Source: Pseudomonadota bacterium
Lineage (GTDB): Bacteria; Desulfobacterota; Desulfobacteria; Desulfobacterales; JBDRRP01
NCBI GenBank assembly: GCA_043825735.1
Contig: JBDRRP010000058.1
Location: 1 to 50,045 of the forward strand
DNA: 50,045 bases
Reading direction: 5' to 3'
Shown: positions 10,742 through 21,100 of the stretch, piece after piece
How positions within the stretch are numbered: the first letter of the stretch is position 1
How the letters are laid out: each line of letters opens with the position of its first letter
Notes under the pieces: model-generated
Told to the model about the DNA's origin: nothing
The model's database searches: none
Seen by the model: the letters and a program-made list of their open reading frames with translations, nothing else
Program-made: the position numbers and the translations under genes

Positions 10742-11650
10742 ATGACGGCCGGCAATCCTACTGGCGCCCGAATCATGATACCCATTCGCCCAGCAATCCA
10801 TATACTGAACGTCGTGCTGCTCACGGTATTGGCATATACCGGCGTCAAAACAGTTTACGACATCAGCGTCCGAAAACTCCCGACGCCCGTGCAACGGCCA
10901 GCCGATGCCGCAGCTATCCAAACGGAATCTGGCGCCGCAAAGAACCCGCTGCCCTATTACCAGGTCATATCCCGGCGCAATCTTTTCGGTGCCGGTGCCG
11001 ATACAAAAACATCACCGCCGCCGGCTGCGGCGCTGCAAAACTTGGAACCCACAAAACTAAAACTCAAGCTGTGGGGAACCATCACTCATCGGGGCGGGAA
11101 AGAATACGCGGTCATCGAAACCCTGAAAGACCGGAACCAGGACCTGTACAAGGCCGGTGACACGGTGGAAGGGGCGCTCGTCAAACAGGTGCTCAGGGAA
11201 AAAATCGTCCTGACGGTTGCCGGCCGGGATGAAATTCTTCAAATGGCAGAAAGCGTCATCAGCGCACCATCGGCCACTCCAGGGGCCGCGTCGGCGCCGC
11301 CCCTGGAAAGCGCTGGCTTGGAGCCCCAGCATCAACAGGTCCCCATCAGCCGCGAAGACGTCCGGAAAGCCTCCGAAAATATTCAGGAACTCATGCGCCA
11401 GGTGCGCATCCGCCCTCATTTCGAACAGGGTAAACCCGCGGGGTTGATGCTCTCCGGCGTACAACCCGAGTCCTTGTTTACCCGGATGGGGCTCCAATCG
11501 GGTGACGTTTTGAGAAGTATCGACGGCAGCCCCATCCGATCCATGAACGATGTACTGAAACTCTATGAGCAGCTCGGCTCAGCCGATGCCCTGGAGATCG
11601 AAGTCAAACGGGGGGGCAGCCTGCTCAACATTCAATATGGTATCGAATAA
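10742..11650 (+). CDS. gspC: T2SS protein C with PDZ domain
   Basis: TM, ISRRNLFG, LKL.GT..., Q.LY..GD, C-terminal PDZ (GLQSGDV..SIDG). Confidence 0.9.
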   Translation: MTAGNPTGARIMIPIRPAIHILNVVLLTVLAYTGVKTVYDISVRKLPTPVQRPADAAAIQTESGAAKNPLPYYQVISRRNLFGAGADTKTSPPPAAALQNLEPTKLKLKLWGTITHRGGKEYAVIETLKDRNQDLYKAGDTVEGALVKQVLREKIVLTVAGRDEILQMAESVISAPSATPGAASAPPLESAGLEPQHQQVPISREDVRKASENIQELMRQVRIRPHFEQGKPAGLMLSGVQPESLFTRMGLQSGDVLRSIDGSPIRSMNDVLKLYEQLGSADALEIEVKRGGSLLNIQYGIE

Positions 11651-11705
11651 CCGGCCGTATGCCTTGCCGGCGGTTTTTTAAAAACGACAACAAAGGGGTA
11701 TTGCG

Positions 11706-13754
11706 GTGTCTTCGCTCACTGGCTGGATTTACCACCATTTGAAACAATCGATTTATGCGGCATTGCCGACCGGCCGCCTTTTTCTGGGATTCGCCTTTCT
11801 GCTGGCGTGCCTCTACGGGGGCACGGCCGGGGCAGGCCTTGCGCTTTCAGCGGAAAACGCCGAGGCGGACAAGTATGTCACCATCGACTTCAACGATGTC
11901 GATATTGCTGTTTTCATCAAATACATATCCGAGCTGACCGGCAAAAACTTTGTCGTTGACCAGCGGGTGAAGGGCAAGGTGACCATCATTTCACCGTCCA
12001 AAATCTCAGTCGCCGAGGCCTACAAGGTATTCGAGTCGGTTTTGGAGGTCCACGGATTCAGCACGGTGGATGCCGGAGAAATCACCAAAGTCATCCCCAT
12101 GCCGGATGCCCGATCCAAGAATATCGAGACCAAACTGCGCACCGAGGCCAAAAACCCGGATGACTCTGTGGTCACGCAGCTGATACCGCTGAAATATGCC
12201 AACCCTGACGAGATCAAGGCGCTGTTTGCCCCGCTGATATCAAAAAACAGCGTCATGCTGTCCTATGCCCCCACCAACATGCTCATTGTGACCGACGTCT
12301 ATTCCAACATCCTGCGGCTGATGAAAATCCTGACGGCCATCGACATCTCCGGTATGGGGCAGGAGATATCGGTCATCCCTGTGCAAAATGCCGATGCCGA
12401 AAAGATCGTCAAGCTGCTGGCCACGGTTTTCAAGCCCCAAGTCCAAGGAAAGAAAAAGGGTACCGCAGACGACGCCATCACCGTCGTCGCAGATGATCGC
12501 ACCAACTACATCGTCCTGATGGCCAGCCAGATAGAATCCGAAAGAGTGCGTGATCTGATTCAGATGCTCGACAAGGAACTGCCGCGGGGCAAGGAAAATT
12601 TCCATGTCCGCTACCTGGAGCACGCCACGGCCGAAGACCTGGCCAAAGTGATCCAGGCGCTGCCCACCACGGGCACCGCAGACGAAAAAGGGGGAAAAAC
12701 GACGACCCCGGCGGTCTCCGACAAGGTAAAAATCACCCCCGACAAAGCCACCAACAGCCTGATCATCATGGCCGATAAAGAAGAATTTCAGATCCTGGAG
12801 GGCATCATCGCCAAACTCGACATCCCCCGGGCCATGGTCTACATCGAATCGCTCATCATCGAGGTCAATGTGGACAAGGACTTCCAGTTAGGCGCCGAAT
12901 GGGCCGTCGGCGGCGAAGGCGCTTACGGGAACAAACGGATCGGCTATGGCGGTGGTAGTGGCAACGGGGGCGCCATAAACAATGTCATCCTTGGCGGCGA
13001 TGCCACCAAAGGGTTTACCTTTCCCAGCGGCATGGCATTAGGCGTATTCGGTGAAGGGATTACCATTGGTTCTGTCTTTTTCCCCAGCATCGCCGCGGTG
13101 GTAAAAGCCTTCCAGCAAGACAAGGACGTTCACATCCTGTCGACTCCGCAGATTCTGACCACAGACAATGAGGAGGCGAGCATCTCCGTGGGGAAAAACG
13201 TTCCGTTTCAAACCAGCACGAGTTTTAGCACGACCACCACGACCGGTAGCTTCGAGTATAAGGACGTGGGAATTATGTTGAAGATCACCCCCCAGATCTC
13301 CAAGGATCGTATGGTCCGCCTGAAGATCGAGCAGGAATCCACTAAGATCGACGAACTGGCCACCAAGGATCTGACCACTGACAACCGGGTCACTCCCACG
13401 ACATTTAAACGCACCGTCCAGACGACGGTAATCGTCAAAGATAACAACACGGTGGTCATTGGCGGCCTCATCGACGATAGCTTTACCAACACCGTCACCA
13501 AGGTGCCGTGCCTGGGCGATGTGCCCATTGTCGGGTGGGCGTTCCGCAGCGAAAGCAACTCCGGCGAAAAAACCAACCTGTTCATATTCATCACCCCGCG
13601 GGTCATCCAGTCACCAACTGAAGCCACTGCGGTGTTCGAGCAAAAAAAAGATGCGATGAAAGAAATCGAAGGTGGCAGAATCAAGATGTACATGCCCCGC
13701 TCGGGAAACTCCGTGCCCGTCCCCGAAACGATACTGCCCCCGGCAACCAACTGA
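11706..13754 (+). CDS. gspD: T2SS secretin D
   Basis: N0 (VTIDFNDVDI), N1-N3 repeats, LD.PRAMV.IE, STPQILTTDNEEA.I.VG..VP, VP.LGDVP..G..FR. Confidence 0.96.
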   Translation: MSSLTGWIYHHLKQSIYAALPTGRLFLGFAFLLACLYGGTAGAGLALSAENAEADKYVTIDFNDVDIAVFIKYISELTGKNFVVDQRVKGKVTIISPSKISVAEAYKVFESVLEVHGFSTVDAGEITKVIPMPDARSKNIETKLRTEAKNPDDSVVTQLIPLKYANPDEIKALFAPLISKNSVMLSYAPTNMLIVTDVYSNILRLMKILTAIDISGMGQEISVIPVQNADAEKIVKLLATVFKPQVQGKKKGTADDAITVVADDRTNYIVLMASQIESERVRDLIQMLDKELPRGKENFHVRYLEHATAEDLAKVIQALPTTGTADEKGGKTTTPAVSDKVKITPDKATNSLIIMADKEEFQILEGIIAKLDIPRAMVYIESLIIEVNVDKDFQLGAEWAVGGEGAYGNKRIGYGGGSGNGGAINNVILGGDATKGFTFPSGMALGVFGEGITIGSVFFPSIAAVVKAFQQDKDVHILSTPQILTTDNEEASISVGKNVPFQTSTSFSTTTTTGSFEYKDVGIMLKITPQISKDRMVRLKIEQESTKIDELATKDLTTDNRVTPTTFKRTVQTTVIVKDNNTVVIGGLIDDSFTNTVTKVPCLGDVPIVGWAFRSESNSGEKTNLFIFITPRVIQSPTEATAVFEQKKDAMKEIEGGRIKMYMPRSGNSVPVPETILPPATN

Positions 13755-13768
13755 GGAAACGCGCGCGC

Positions 13769-15529
13769 ATGTTTGCCGACTTGATCGACACCATCGGGCA
13801 GGATTACGACATCTCTACCGAGAGCCTGGAAGAGGCGCGCCGTCTGCTGCGAAATGAGTCCTGCAGCGCCGCCGAAGCGCTGCTGCGAAAAAAAATCGTG
13901 TCCGAAACGCAGTTGCTTCAGTCTCTCAGCCGGCGCTATCATCTTTCCTTTCAGCCCACCCTGTCGCTGGACAATATCACCGGAGCCTTCACCGACCAGA
14001 TCCCCATCCAGTTTCTCAAACGCCACCTCATCGTGCCACTGCGACGAAAAGTTGAAAACACGGACAAAACAGACCCCGCGGCAGCGGCGACAGATAGTGA
14101 CACCGCACGCGAGGCATCGGCGCCGGAATGGGTCATCGCCATAAACGACCCCGGAAGCGCCCATGCCATAGACGACCTGACCCGCATCATCGGTGCAACC
14201 GACCCGGAAATCGTATTCTCCACCCGGGAGTCGATCCTGTCGGCCATCAACATCTCATACGACTTCAGCAGAGGCTCGGCCGAGCAACTGGTCCAGGATA
14301 TGGAAGATGACGGGGCGATGATTATCACTGACATGGACAACCCGGCCGACCTGCTGGATGACACCAGTGATGCGCCCATTATCAAACTGGTCAACCACAT
14401 TCTCTCCGAGTCCATCAAGGCCAGAGCCAGCGATATCCACTTTGAACCCTACCAGGACGGGTTCAAAGTCCGCTACCGGGTTGACGGCATTCTCTACGAT
14501 CTGCTGTCGCCCCCGAAGTGGATCCAGCAGTCCGTGATCTCACGCATCAAGGTCATGGCCAAACTCAACATCGCTGAAAAACGTTTGCCCCAGGACGGCC
14601 GCATCGAGGTGAAGGTGGGCGATCAGGAAATCGACATCCGGGTATCCACGCTGCCCACCTCCTTTGGCGAACGCGTGGTGCTGCGCCTGCTCAACAAGAC
14701 CGCCTCGCTGGTGAATGTGACCGATCTCGGTCTCACCCAGTCCCGATTCAAACAGCTCTCCGCCCTGGTGACATCGCCAAACGGAATCATCCTGGTCACA
14801 GGCCCCACCGGCAGCGGGAAGACCACCAGCCTGTATGCGATCCTCTCATCGATCAAGACGCCCGAAATCAACATCATCACCATCGAGGACCCCGTCGAGT
14901 ACCAGCTCAAGGGGATCAGCCAGATCCAGGTCAACCCCAAAATCGATCTCACCTTTGCCCGTGGACTGCGCTCTATCGTTCGGCAGGATCCGGATGTCAT
15001 CCTCGTAGGGGAGATCCGCGACAAGGAGACCGCCGATATCGCCGTGCAGTCGGCACTCACCGGACACCTGGTGTTTTCGACCCTGCATACCAATGATTCA
15101 GCCAGTGCCATCACCCGTCTGGTGGATATCGGGGTGGAGCCCTTTCTCATTTCCTCAGCGGTGGTGGCGGTGATCGCTCAGCGCCTGGTGCGTGTCCTGT
15201 GCCATGAATGCCGCACCGTCGCCGAACCGGACCTGGTGATTCTGGCCGGACTGGGGATAACCGATGATGCCATTCAGGGCCGCACCTTCTACAAGCCCCA
15301 GGGATGCGATGCGTGTTTTCACTCCGGTTTCAAGGGCCGGATCGGCATCTTCGAAATCATGGAGATGAACAGCCCGATGAAAAGCCTCGTTCTTAAGACT
15401 TATGACGCCAACCGAATCAAGGAAGCGGCCGTAAAACACGGTATGACCACACTGCGCCAGGACGGTTTGGACAAGGTCCTGCAAGGCATCACGACCCTTG
15501 AGGAAGTGCTGCGGGCCACGCAGAAATAG
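13769..15529 (+). CDS. gspE: T2SS assembly ATPase E
   Basis: ASDIHFEP, Walker A GPTGSGKTT, TIEDPVE, RQDPDVILVGEIRD, CxxC...CxxC Zn motif. Confidence 0.96.
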   Translation: MFADLIDTIGQDYDISTESLEEARRLLRNESCSAAEALLRKKIVSETQLLQSLSRRYHLSFQPTLSLDNITGAFTDQIPIQFLKRHLIVPLRRKVENTDKTDPAAAATDSDTAREASAPEWVIAINDPGSAHAIDDLTRIIGATDPEIVFSTRESILSAINISYDFSRGSAEQLVQDMEDDGAMIITDMDNPADLLDDTSDAPIIKLVNHILSESIKARASDIHFEPYQDGFKVRYRVDGILYDLLSPPKWIQQSVISRIKVMAKLNIAEKRLPQDGRIEVKVGDQEIDIRVSTLPTSFGERVVLRLLNKTASLVNVTDLGLTQSRFKQLSALVTSPNGIILVTGPTGSGKTTSLYAILSSIKTPEINIITIEDPVEYQLKGISQIQVNPKIDLTFARGLRSIVRQDPDVILVGEIRDKETADIAVQSALTGHLVFSTLHTNDSASAITRLVDIGVEPFLISSAVVAVIAQRLVRVLCHECRTVAEPDLVILAGLGITDDAIQGRTFYKPQGCDACFHSGFKGRIGIFEIMEMNSPMKSLVLKTYDANRIKEAAVKHGMTTLRQDGLDKVLQGITTLEEVLRATQK

Positions 15530-15567
15530 GATGCTGTTGATTAATGCGACACTCCAAAACCATATTT

Positions 15568-15804
15568 TCGCGCAGAGACGCTGAGACGCAGAGAACTACA
15601 AAAATATTTGAAGCCCTAAAAAAGCAATTTTCTCGCAAGACGCCAAGTACGCTAAGAAACACATTTTTAATATTAATTCGTTAGCTTTGCGAGAGATTCC
15701 GACTTTTTACGGTTCTAAAAACACCGAACCCCGGCGAAGCCGGCAACGCGCCGCAGGCGCTTTAATATCTGTTTTTCTCTGCGTCTCGGCGTCTCTGCGC
15801 GAGA
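15568..15804. repeat. Nested palindromic intergenic repeat (8-9-bp-period arms)
   Basis: CGCGCAGAGACGCTGAGACGCAGAGA (15569) is the near reverse complement of TCTCTGCGTCTCGGCGTCTCTGCGCG (15776). Inside lies a second element, TTTTCTCGCAAGACGCCAAG...TAGCTTTGCGAGAGATTCCGACTTTTTACGG, also seen at 23893-24062. Confidence 0.85.
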
Positions 15805-15852
15805 AATGAATTTCGCTGTTGATTTCATAATAACGGCAATGGGTCCGCTATA

Positions 15853-16272
15853 GTGAAGGAGATTCAACATAACATCGGCATTGACTGGAGGCTTTTGGTA
15901 CCGGCGAGTCTTCTGCTTGCGGCAATGCTGATCGGGTCCGCCACGGCTGCTGCGGCCGGTGCCGGCCCTGCCGGCGCGCAGGCCGTAAATGGGGAGGCGA
16001 CGTCCGTTATCGATGCCCCCATCCGGTTCTTCCAGGAGGTCATATCCCCTGTCGACGGCCCGCGTTGCCACAGCTACCCCACCTGCTCTACGTATGCCCG
16101 CCAGTCGGTGGCCGCGCACGGGGCCTTCATGGGATGGATCATGACCTGTGACCGGCTCATGCGAGACGGCCGCGACGACAATCATATCCTTCCGCGTATC
16201 CGCGTCGGCAACCAGGATTATGCCGACGATCCGGTTGGCGCCAACGATTTCTGGTGGTATCGAAAGCCATGA
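15853..16272 (+). CDS. YidD/haemolytic-domain protein with N-terminal hydrophobic leader
   Basis: ISP.DGPRC.SYPTCS.YA..SV..HG...GWIMT.DRLMR is the YidD-family signature. Confidence 0.8.
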   Translation: MKEIQHNIGIDWRLLVPASLLLAAMLIGSATAAAAGAGPAGAQAVNGEATSVIDAPIRFFQEVISPVDGPRCHSYPTCSTYARQSVAAHGAFMGWIMTCDRLMRDGRDDNHILPRIRVGNQDYADDPVGANDFWWYRKP

Positions 16273-17219
16273 AATACCGCATTATCGCCACCATCCTGCT
16301 CACACTGCTCATGCTCCCGGCCCAGGTCGTCGCCGAGCCTCAAGATACCCCGCAATCGGTCATCACCATTACCGCGCAGCGCCAGTATCAGCTGGCAGAA
16401 TCGCTGTTTTTGGAGACCGAATACGCGACGGCACTGGCCGAATTCAAAAGATTTCTGTTTTTCTTTCCCGCGGACGCCCGCGCCCCCGGCGCCGCCCTTC
16501 GCATCGGGCAATGCCACGAGCGTCTCGGCAACACCGATAAGGCCCTCTCGGCCCTCAATGCCACTGTCGAGACGTACCCGGGCACACCCTCCGCCTTGGC
16601 GGCCTATTTTATGATATCAGATGTGCATCAACGCTCGGGGCAGCCGGAGCAGGCGTTGATCAATATGCAAAACATGATACTGCTCTATCCGGCGCCCGGC
16701 ATCCGGGACCGGATTCGGTACCGGATGGCCTGGATACACATCGAAACGGGACAATGGGCGAAGGCCGAAAAGACGCTCGGCCTGATAGGACCGGTGGGGC
16801 TGGAAGATCTTCCGGTCATGGCCTTGACGGCCGATCTGAAGCGCGCCGAGAGCATCCAATATAAAAACCCGTCGCTGGCCGGCGCCCTTTCCATCATTCC
16901 CGGTGGCGGCCAGCTTTACTGCGGGCGTCATCGAGATGCTCTCGTGGCTCTTCTTCTCAACGGAGGACTCATCTGGGCGGCGGTGGAAGCCTTCGACAAA
17001 GAACTCTATGCACTGGGGGCAGTGATCTCGGTCGTGGAGTTCGGTTTCTACGCCGGAAACATCTACGGTGCCGTCGGCAGCGCCCATAAGTATAACGATC
17101 TGCAAAAAACCGACTTCATCGAAAACCTGAAGCTCAAATTCACCGCCGGCACCGATCCTTTCACTGAATCCAGGAATACGGCCCCGACACTGGGCTTATC
17201 GCTGAACTACCGCTTTTAA
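16269..17219 (+). CDS. Exported TPR (BamD/YfiO-like) protein with C-terminal hydrophobic domain
   Basis: Signal peptide, TPR helices (YP...A..A), K.P.LAG.LSIIPG.GQLY.G segment, C-terminus LSLNYRF. ATGA overlap with the upstream gene. Confidence 0.75.
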   Translation: MKYRIIATILLTLLMLPAQVVAEPQDTPQSVITITAQRQYQLAESLFLETEYATALAEFKRFLFFFPADARAPGAALRIGQCHERLGNTDKALSALNATVETYPGTPSALAAYFMISDVHQRSGQPEQALINMQNMILLYPAPGIRDRIRYRMAWIHIETGQWAKAEKTLGLIGPVGLEDLPVMALTADLKRAESIQYKNPSLAGALSIIPGGGQLYCGRHRDALVALLLNGGLIWAAVEAFDKELYALGAVISVVEFGFYAGNIYGAVGSAHKYNDLQKTDFIENLKLKFTAGTDPFTESRNTAPTLGLSLNYRF

Positions 17220-17310
17220 CCCCACCAACCGCTTTCTTTGCCTTGAGCCCGCCAAGCGTAGCAGTGGTGAGCCAATTCGTCATCGATTTTGCGAATCGAT
17301 GTTCTTGGAC

Positions 17311-17348
17311 TTGATTCAGCCCGTATTCTGATCTAAATTCAGTAATAC
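17311..17348 (+). promoter_or_regulatory. TA promoter with overlapping operator palindrome
   Basis: TTGATT-N17-TAAATT. Imperfect inverted repeat GTATTCTGA...TCAGTAATAC (17323-17348) spans the -10. Confidence 0.5.
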
Positions 17349-17381
17349 AAATTGTCTGCCTATCAAAACAAGGAGTGATCA

Positions 17382-17645
17382 ATGAAGCCCATAATCATGT
17401 CTAAAAGTATCGTGTCCCTTTCGGACTTCAAAACCAATGCTTCCAAAATGCTCCGTGAAATTAATGCGTCCCATAACCCCATGGTCATTACCCAAAATGG
17501 TAAGGCTGCTGCAGTCCTTCTCTCCCCCGCCGACTTCGACTTTCTCACTGAACAAGTCAACTTTGTCAGTACGGTCCAAAGGGGATTAGCGAATGTCCAG
17601 GAAGGACGGGTGATCGCCGATGAGGATCTGGACAATGCGCTATGA
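17382..17645 (+). CDS. Phd/YefM family antitoxin
   Basis: SLSDFK.NAS..L..I.....PMVITQNGKAAAVLLS; AGGAG RBS. Confidence 0.93.
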   Translation: MKPIIMSKSIVSLSDFKTNASKMLREINASHNPMVITQNGKAAAVLLSPADFDFLTEQVNFVSTVQRGLANVQEGRVIADEDLDNAL

Positions 17646-17944
17646 GGTTATTTTGGACCGAGACGGCTAAAAATGATTTATTGGCCATTCGACGATATAT
17701 CGCCTCGGATAATCCGGTAGCGGCCAAACGCTGGATAGATCGCTTGAAGGAGCGCACCAGGGCTGTTATCCATGCGCCACTCTCGGGACGTATCGTGCCT
17801 GAATTCTCTCGTGACGATATCCGTGAATTGATTGAAGGAAACTACCGAATCGTTTACCAGGTGCTTGTCGACCGCATTGTGGTACTCACAGTGTTCGAAG
17901 GCCATAGGCTTTTTCCTGCTGAAGAAATTGAAAACCAGGAGTAA
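17642..17944 (+). CDS. RelE/ParE family toxin
   Basis: WT..A.NDL..I..YIA.DNP.AA, P.SGRIVPE, RELI.GNYRIVY, V.TVFEGHRL; ATGA overlap with the antitoxin. Confidence 0.93.
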   Translation: MRLFWTETAKNDLLAIRRYIASDNPVAAKRWIDRLKERTRAVIHAPLSGRIVPEFSRDDIRELIEGNYRIVYQVLVDRIVVLTVFEGHRLFPAEEIENQE

Positions 17945-18101
17945 CTGCAGACGAAACGTGCATTTTGCTCCGCCAAAAACCCATCTCCCCCGTCAACCTT
18001 GATAAACTCGTGAAAACGCAATTATCTACGAATTAAAGGCGCGACCCCGTTGCCATGGCGCCGCCCGGTGCACGCTTTTTGGGGTAGATCAGCCCGTTAA
18101 T

Positions 18102-18139
18102 AAAAAAGGGCGGGCGGCTTCACAGCCACCCGCCCTTTT
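18102..18139. terminator. Bidirectional rho-independent terminator
   Basis: AAAAAAGGGCGGG.GGCT-loop-AGCC.CCCGCCCTTTT between the convergent toxin and large surface-protein genes. Confidence 0.85.
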
Positions 18140-18153
18140 GTATTGGTAATGGG

Positions 18154-21100
18154 TTATTTACGTCTTCTCCGGATCAGTGCGAACAAGAGCGGCATCATTG
18201 CAACCAGCATAATCAGGAGCACTGACCGATCGGCACCCACGGCAGGCATCTGAAGGCCGTCGGTGGCGGTGCTGATGAAACACCCGCCGCCGCCCCCACC
18301 ACCGCTGGCGCCGCCACCCGAGGAAGAGACGACAACGCCGATCCCAAAGGCGGAAAGGTGGTCAACCCAGAAGGTCACCACACCGTTGGTGTAGTCCACC
18401 GGCGGGATGATCTGGCTGGGCGACAGGGCCGTGTAGTTGCCCGCCGCCATGTCCACCATGGAACTGGCCTGGTAGACAATAAAGGTCCCGTTTTCCAAAG
18501 AGCCTTCGGTGACCACCGCCGGGTCGAACGTAATGGTGATCTCGAATCGTTGGAGATTGGCGTTGTCAACGTTGCCACCGTCTTCATCGATCATGGTGAT
18601 TCCGCTGATTGCCGACCCGGTGATCCCGGTAGCGCCGGCAACGCCGGCATTGGCTTCCACGATGGCGATGGTCACCGTGTCGAGGATGTCGCCACTCAAG
18701 CCTCCCGGTGGGAGATTGACCTGGGTGTTGGGCGTACCGGCAGGAGCCGTGCTGCCGGAAAGGTTGGGATCCGTAATGGTGACAGTACCGTAAGCGCGTT
18801 GCGACTTGACATATTCAGCCAGTCGTGTGGCCCGGTATCCCGCCGCCACATCATGCAAAGTTTCACTGACGTCGGCCTGCACCGTAAACCGGAAGTTTTC
18901 ATAGACGGGATGGGTAAACGTCCAGGCATTGCCAGCCACGTCATAGATCATCAACACCGGTGACCCGTCAGACATCGTCACTTTGGCTTCCGCGGCGGTA
19001 TTGTTGAAACGGTAGGGCACACTTCCCGCCTGGGCGGTAACAGTGCATTCCACGCTGTCGGCAACGCCATCGCCCGTCACATCGGCGCCCTCTGTGCACG
19101 CAGTGGTGATAATGGTCGTCGGATCGAGGGTGATGCCGCCAGCGGTAAGCAGCGGCCATGGAGGTGAACTGTTGGTGACAGTCATCGTCCTGCTGATGTA
19201 GCCGGGTTTGACCGCTTCAACGGTGAAGGTCGTTGCCGTGGCAAAGCTCGACGGAATCTGGAATGTGTAGTTCCCGTTGTTTGTTGTCATGACGATGATC
19301 GCAACACCGGTGTCATCGGTGATGTAAACGCCATCGGCCTTCACCTTAATGAGGGTTTTAGGCGCATTGCCGCTGGTCGCTCCCCCAAGATCTACCAAAT
19401 CCCGGAGATTGACGTCACCGGTAATGGTGCCGCCACCGATGGCACTCTGAAGCACGATGGCTGTGCCAGGTTCTGTAGCGGAAGGAGATGGACCGACTGC
19501 CGTGGTTTTGACAAGATTAGCGCTGGAAATGATTTTGTCCAGATAGTTGGTAACCGAAACGATGAACTGGTATGGGATACCCACATCGGCAAGCGGGCCG
19601 ATAGTGAAAGTCCCGTCAGCGCCGATCGCGGTCGTAACGGCCGGATCATGCAGTGCTGTAATTTTTGCAACGGCAGGAGCTGGAAGGGACCCAACAACCG
19701 GTGTCACTCCGTCGGCCTGCACCACTGTACCGGAGTATTTGACCATCGGTGCGATGCGCAAAATCCAGGTCGTGACGCTGCCGAGACCTGCATCGATGAG
19801 TCGGCTGACGTCCGAATTGCTGCCTGCCTGCGTCGCGTCGAGCGATGCCGTGACCCTGAAGGAAATTGGTGCAGGAATGCCTTTGGTCACAGTGAACGCG
19901 TTGGTGTTATCCGTGGGCGACCCGTCAGCGAATGTACCCGCAGCTGCCGTTGTCACCGCCGTCCCGTTGAGGTCTTTCGCATCCCAGTTGAACACCGTTG
20001 CCACGAGGGGGGCGGTATCGTGCGTTTTGACGGTAAATACGACGGGCACGGCGATGCCGTCATTCAGGTTGTTGCTGGCCTGGTCGTGGCTGATTTTCAT
20101 ACCGACCCGCAGGTAGTAGGTGCTGGTAAGGTGCGGTCTGTCGTGATCCTTCACCGTGACCTTGTACACGCCGGCCCCGCTCGCGGCAAAAAGCCCATCG
20201 GGGTTTACGGCATAAGAAACCGTTCCGGTGTTGTCGCTGGCGCGCTCAATACCGTTCCAGTCGGTCACGGACCAATCGTATCGCCTTGCACTATCGGCAG
20301 CCCGGAGTGTCGTGGTCTGCCCAAAGGCAAGCAGCGGATAGGTTAGTGGTTTGCCGTTGACGTAACCCGCCCACCGGTTGCTCAATGTAATGGCAGGATA
20401 CACCGTAACGATGGCCTCGCCCTTGACCGGTGTCGCGTGGGCGCTGTTGAACATGGCATCGTAGGCGGCCACGGTCACTTGCTGGGTGCCGCTGCCAACT
20501 ACCGGTGCAGTGAAAACACCGGCAGCGGTGATGGTTCCCGCACTGGCCGTCCAGTTATACGCACCGGTCCCGCCGGTGGCTGAAAATGTCAGCGATCCTG
20601 AGGAACTCACGCTGCCCGTTGCCGTGACGGTGATGGGCGTCACCACGGTAATCGTGTTTGAGCGGGTGCTGTCCAACCGGATATCTTGGACCTGGACGCG
20701 GATAGTGCCTGGTTTCAGGGCGGTAAATACCGCCTTGGTGTCATCGACGGTTTCCGCCACACTGCCCACCGTGTCGCCCGGCGTGGCCGGAGCGTCTTCC
20801 ACCACGGTCCAGACATTGCCGCCATAGGCAGAATAGCCACCGGCGGCGGTAAATGTATGGGTGCCGCCCACTGCGAGTCCAACGGTACCTGTCGGTGTCA
20901 CTGCCAGCGGTGAGGCCGGGACACCGTCATCGGTGGCCGGATCATACCCTGCCAGGCCGGGCGGGTCATCGGCATTCGGGTTGGTCCCGTTGAGATATTC
21001 CTGAAGGTTGGAATAACCGTCCCGATCGGCATCCAGTCCGGCGTCGCTCACCCCGTACAGCGCTTCCCAGTAATCCGGCATGCCGTCGCTGTCATTATCG

